From contig VBJD01000027.1 of NCBI GenBank assembly GCA_005887995.1, forward strand, positions 1-52,797: 52,797 nucleotides of DNA, written 5' to 3'. Shown one piece after another: positions 49,572-52,797 of this stretch. The position numbers were made by a program, and so were the translations under genes. Under the pieces are notes generated by a model. It made no database searches. It was not told the DNA's origin and saw nothing but the letters and a program-made list of their open reading frames with translations. Source of the DNA: Chloroflexota bacterium. Lineage in GTDB: Bacteria; Chloroflexota; Limnocylindria; P2-11E. Numbering within the stretch: the first letter of the stretch is position 1; each line of letters starts with the position of its first letter.

Positions 49572-50346
49572 CGGGAGCGTGGCGCCACGTCGCCCACGCG
49601 TCGGCATCGTGAGAGGTGAAGATCCGCGAGACGTCGCCGTTCGCGAGCGAGCGGATGAGCGCGAGCGACTCCTTCGCCGCGACCTGATCCATCGCCGGGA
49701 TCTCGCCGCGCTCGAGGTTCGCGCGCGTGAACGCCGCGTCGCCGGTCAGGACGACGCGACCGGTCTCCGCGAGATCGACGACGAGCGATTGATGTCCGGG
49801 CGCATGTCCCGGCGTCGGCACGACCTCGACGCCGCGTGCGACCTTCGAACGTCCCGCGACGGGAACGTACGTGAGCTCCGGGATATCCCAGTACACGCCC
49901 GGGAAGTTGGGTTTGCCCTTCGCGAAGGCGAGATGATCGGCCTGCGCGATGAACGTCGCCCTCGGGAACGCGCCGTTGTTGCCGGCATGATCGAAGTGGA
50001 GATGGCTGTTCACGACGATCGCGACGTCGTCGGGACGCACCCCGAGCGCGGCGAGGCGCGCGACGACCGCGTCCTCGTCCTTCATGACCACATTCAGGCC
50101 GCTCACGCTCGCTCCGCTCGCTGAACGGGGGCCCCTGCCCCCGGGTCCGAACGTCGCGTCCGGGCGTACCACGTGCACCGGATGTAGACCTGTGTCGAAG
50201 AGGATGTTTCCGTCCGGCGTGCGGAGCAGCGCGGACCATACCGGGGCCAGCACGCGCTCCTCGCGAGCCGCGCCGTCGAGCCAGGGGGCGAACGCGGAGC
50301 GCGCGATGTCGACGGCGCCCGTGCGGAACAGGAGAAGCTCGATCAC
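49558..50346 (-). CDS. N-acyl-homoserine-lactonase-like metallo-beta-lactamase fold protein, with in-frame repeat insert
   Basis: LFDTG, SHLHFDHAG, TPGHAPGHQS, LTGDA, SHD. Confidence 0.9.
   Translation of the reverse strand: MIELLLFRTGAVDIARSAFAPWLDGAAREERVLAPVWSALLRTPDGNILFDTGLHPVHVVRPDATFGPGGRGPRSASGASVSGLNVVMKDEDAVVARLAALGVRPDDVAIVVNSHLHFDHAGNNGAFPRATFIAQADHLAFAKGKPNFPGVYWDIPELTYVPVAGRSKVARGVEVVPTPGHAPGHQSLVVDLAETGRVVLTGDAAFTRANLERGEIPAMDQVAAKESLALIRSLANGDVSRIFTSHDADAWATWRHAPDAYR
50100..50142. repeat. Repeat core inserted in frame in the lactonase (GGRGPRSASGASVSG)
   Basis: GCTCACGCTCGCTCCGCTCGCTGAACGGGGGCCCCT versus 22204-22239 GCTCACGCTCGCTTCGCTCGCTGAACAGGGGCCCCT. Confidence 0.85.
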
Positions 50347-50383
50347 GGTTCGGGCTAATGATGACCGTCCGAGAGGAGAGGCA

Positions 50384-51049
50384 ATGACTGAGCTAGCGCA
50401 CGTGCACCTGCCGCGCGACGACGAGGAGGTCCGCCGCCCGGAGCTCGTCGAACACCGCGAGCTCTCGACCGAGCAGTGGGCGAATTTCGAGAACTACATG
50501 CGCGAGATCTTCACGGCGTTCGGCATGCGCACCGACACGCCGGGGACGCGCGACACGCCGAAGCGCTTCGTGCGCGCGCTCTACGACGCGACCGAGGGCT
50601 ACGAGGGCGACCCCAAGCTGCTCACCGCGTTCCCGACCGAGTGCAAGGGCGGAGCGAGTTGCGAGATCAACCAGATCGTCGAAGGGCCGATCCCGTTCTT
50701 CGCGCTGTGCGAGCACCACGCGTTCCCGTTCTTCGGCAACGCGTACGTCGGCTACATCGCGCACGAGGAGATCATCGGCATCAGCAAGCTCACGCGGCTC
50801 GTTCGCGTATGGGCGAAGCGCTTCACCGTGCAGGAGCGGATGGGCGACGAGATCGCCGACACGCTGCAGTCGCTCATCAAGGCGCATGGCGTGGCCGTGC
50901 ATCTCGAGGCGCACCATCTCTGCACCCAAATGCGCGGGGTTCGCGAGCTCCATCCGCGGACCCGTACCGCGGTGTGGCGCGGCGAGTACACAAAGAACGC
51001 GCACCTGCGTGACGAGTTCTTCCACCTGTCCGGCTCCCGCGCGACGTAG
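50384..51049 (+). CDS. folE: GTP cyclohydrolase I
   Basis: DTPKR, LCEHH, IGISKLTR, QER, HLCTQMRG. RBS GAGGAG. Confidence 0.92.
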   Translation: MTELAHVHLPRDDEEVRRPELVEHRELSTEQWANFENYMREIFTAFGMRTDTPGTRDTPKRFVRALYDATEGYEGDPKLLTAFPTECKGGASCEINQIVEGPIPFFALCEHHAFPFFGNAYVGYIAHEEIIGISKLTRLVRVWAKRFTVQERMGDEIADTLQSLIKAHGVAVHLEAHHLCTQMRGVRELHPRTRTAVWRGEYTKNAHLRDEFFHLSGSRAT

Positions 51050-51880
51050 GTGCTCGCGACGCTGCTCGAGCGCGACACCGGTGTCGCGCTCCCGATGTCA
51101 CGCGCGCTCGTCGAACGGTACGGCGGAGAGCTGCGCTTTCCGAAGCGCTCGCCGTGCGTGTTCGCGAACTTCGTGAGCAGCGTCGACGGCATCGTCTCGT
51201 ACGACGAGCCGGGGATCGAGCGCGCGCGCGAGGTGAGCGCGGGGCACGCCGCGGACCGCTTCATGCTCGCCTTGCTCCGCGCGGCGGCGGACGCGGTGAT
51301 CGTCGGCGCGGGCACGCTGCGCAAGGAGCCCGGCGTCTGGACCGCGGCGAGCGTCGCGCCCGATCTCGCCGACGACTTCGCGGACCTCCGTGCGCGGCTC
51401 CACCTGCGGCCGCATCCGACGACGATCCTCGTGACCTCGTCGGGCGAAGCCGACGCGTCGCTCCCGGTGTTTCGCGGGGAGGCGCCGGTGGTCATCGCGA
51501 CGACGCGCGAGGGCGCGCGCCGCGCCGGCTCGCTGCCGAACGCGCGTGCGGAGATCGTTGGCGACAGCGGGCCGCTCCGTCCGCGCGCGCTCATCGACCT
51601 CGCCGTGCGCGAGAGCGCCGGCGGACGGATCCTCACCGAGGGCGGGCCGACGCTCTTCGGTCAGTTCCTCCAGGACGGTGTGATCGACGAGCTCTTCCTC
51701 ACGATCGCGCCGCGTCTGGCTGGCCGATCACGCGACAAACGCCGGCTCGCGCTCGTCGAAGGCACCGCGTTCACGCCGAGCGGATCGCCGCGCGGAAAGC
51801 TCCTGTCGCTGAAGCTCGCGGACGAGTACCTCTTCGCGCGCTACGCGCTGCGCGACGGAGGCGCCCGCGGCGAGGGCTAG
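51050..51880 (+). CDS. RibD C-terminal / dihydrofolate-reductase-like protein
   Basis: ANFVSSVDG, LRAAADAVIVGAGT, LTEGGPTLFG, IDELFLTIAP. Confidence 0.88.
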   Translation: MLATLLERDTGVALPMSRALVERYGGELRFPKRSPCVFANFVSSVDGIVSYDEPGIERAREVSAGHAADRFMLALLRAAADAVIVGAGTLRKEPGVWTAASVAPDLADDFADLRARLHLRPHPTTILVTSSGEADASLPVFRGEAPVVIATTREGARRAGSLPNARAEIVGDSGPLRPRALIDLAVRESAGGRILTEGGPTLFGQFLQDGVIDELFLTIAPRLAGRSRDKRRLALVEGTAFTPSGSPRGKLLSLKLADEYLFARYALRDGGARGEG

Positions 51881-52797
51881 TCCTTCGCGCGGATCTCCAC
51901 GAAGCCGCTCTCGGTCACGCGCGTCTCGAAGCGCGGCTCGGGGAACGTCGCAGGTCCGGCGCGCACGCCGCCGTCCTTCACGCAGAACCGCGACCCGTGC
52001 CACGGACACTGGATCTCGCAGCGGGCGTTCCCCACCCACTTGCCCTCGTTGAGCGGACCGCCGGCGTGCGTGCACTTGTTGGCGATCGCGTAGATCGCGC
52101 CGTCGAGCTTCACGACGAAGACGGCCAAGTCCTTCGCCTTGCCGACGACGGGTTTGCGGTCGTCGAGGCCGCGAGCCGCGACGTCGAGCTTCGTCCACTT
52201 CCCCGGGTGCTCATTCCAGGCCTGACGGTTGACCTCGGTGCCGTACCCGTAGGGCAGCTCGCCGCCGAAGAACGCGCCGACGAGCATGATCGCCCAGCCG
52301 ATCCCTGACAGCCACATCGCAACGCCGCGCGCATCCGGGGCCGTGCCGCGCATGATGATCGACACGAGGAACAGGACGGACACGCTGAGCATGATCAGCG
52401 AGTGCAGCATCCCGGTCCGCTTCTCCTCGCCGAAGGTGTGCTGCCAGTCGGTGAAGCCGGACAGGATCGCGATCAGCGATGAGATGAAGGCGACGACGAG
52501 GACGAAGTCCGCCGCACGGGTGAGGGTGAGGTCGCCCGTCACGGCGACCGCGACGTCGAGCGCGACCGCGGCGGTGTACGCGCCGATGGTGATGTCCGTG
52601 ATCGCCGGATGGAGCGGATGCCCGAGCGGCCACGTGCCGTGAAGGAGCGTCTTGATCCAGCCGGTGCCGGGGATCTTGTAGAAACCGCCGACGATCGCCT
52701 CGAAGAACTTGGCGAATCCGTCGAGCCATTTCGCGTTCTTCGTCCAGATGTGGCCGGCGGTGTTCTTCGGGCTGCTCACAGGGTCGCATTTCAGCAC
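51877..52797 (-). CDS. DUF2231 membrane domain fused to Rieske 2Fe-2S domain (start at 52779 or outside the window)
   Basis: GHPLHPAITD, GFTDW, GMLH, GGEL; CTHAGGPL..CPWHGSRF. Confidence 0.85.
   Translation of the reverse strand: MLKCDPVSSPKNTAGHIWTKNAKWLDGFAKFFEAIVGGFYKIPGTGWIKTLLHGTWPLGHPLHPAITDITIGAYTAAVALDVAVAVTGDLTLTRAADFVLVVAFISSLIAILSGFTDWQHTFGEEKRTGMLHSLIMLSVSVLFLVSIIMRGTAPDARGVAMWLSGIGWAIMLVGAFFGGELPYGYGTEVNRQAWNEHPGKWTKLDVAARGLDDRKPVVGKAKDLAVFVVKLDGAIYAIANKCTHAGGPLNEGKWVGNARCEIQCPWHGSRFCVKDGGVRAGPATFPEPRFETRVTESGFVEIRAKD

Overview
High-GC chromosomal region with no phage, transposase, CRISPR, rRNA or tRNA. Gene content and many leaderless-style starts suggest a Chloroflexota- or Actinobacteria-like soil bacterium (inference). 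On the minus strand: an opp peptide ABC operon whose oppC carries an internal deletion/frameshift; a second family-5 binding protein; an ECF sigma/zf-HC2 anti-sigma pair; a YkfC-like NlpC/P60 peptidase; glycine cleavage gcvT-H-PA-PB; NUDIX, HD, CPA1 antiporter and SCP2 genes; tsaE-tsaB-rimI-tsaD; a GlmL-like gene with its conserved partner; and a propionyl-CoA carboxylase / methylmalonyl-CoA mutase / epimerase cluster with a penicillin-acylase-family gene. On the plus strand: a complex IV + complex III operon (CoxI-III fusion with altered proton-channel residues, CoxII-cyt c, Rieske, cyt b-cyt c). It converges on a selenocysteine formate dehydrogenase operon (UGA + SECIS, fdhE, FeS subunit, NrfD anchor), followed by fdhD, mobA, lhgO, a metallo-lactonase, folE, a RibD-C reductase and a DUF2231-Rieske gene. 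The most unusual signal is a set of short, often palindromic intercistronic inserts. They sit at stop/start junctions, several with 5-11 bp duplications, and each carries a mini-ORF running from the upstream stop to the downstream start (MIRU-like). The same repeat core also occurs in frame inside two proteins.
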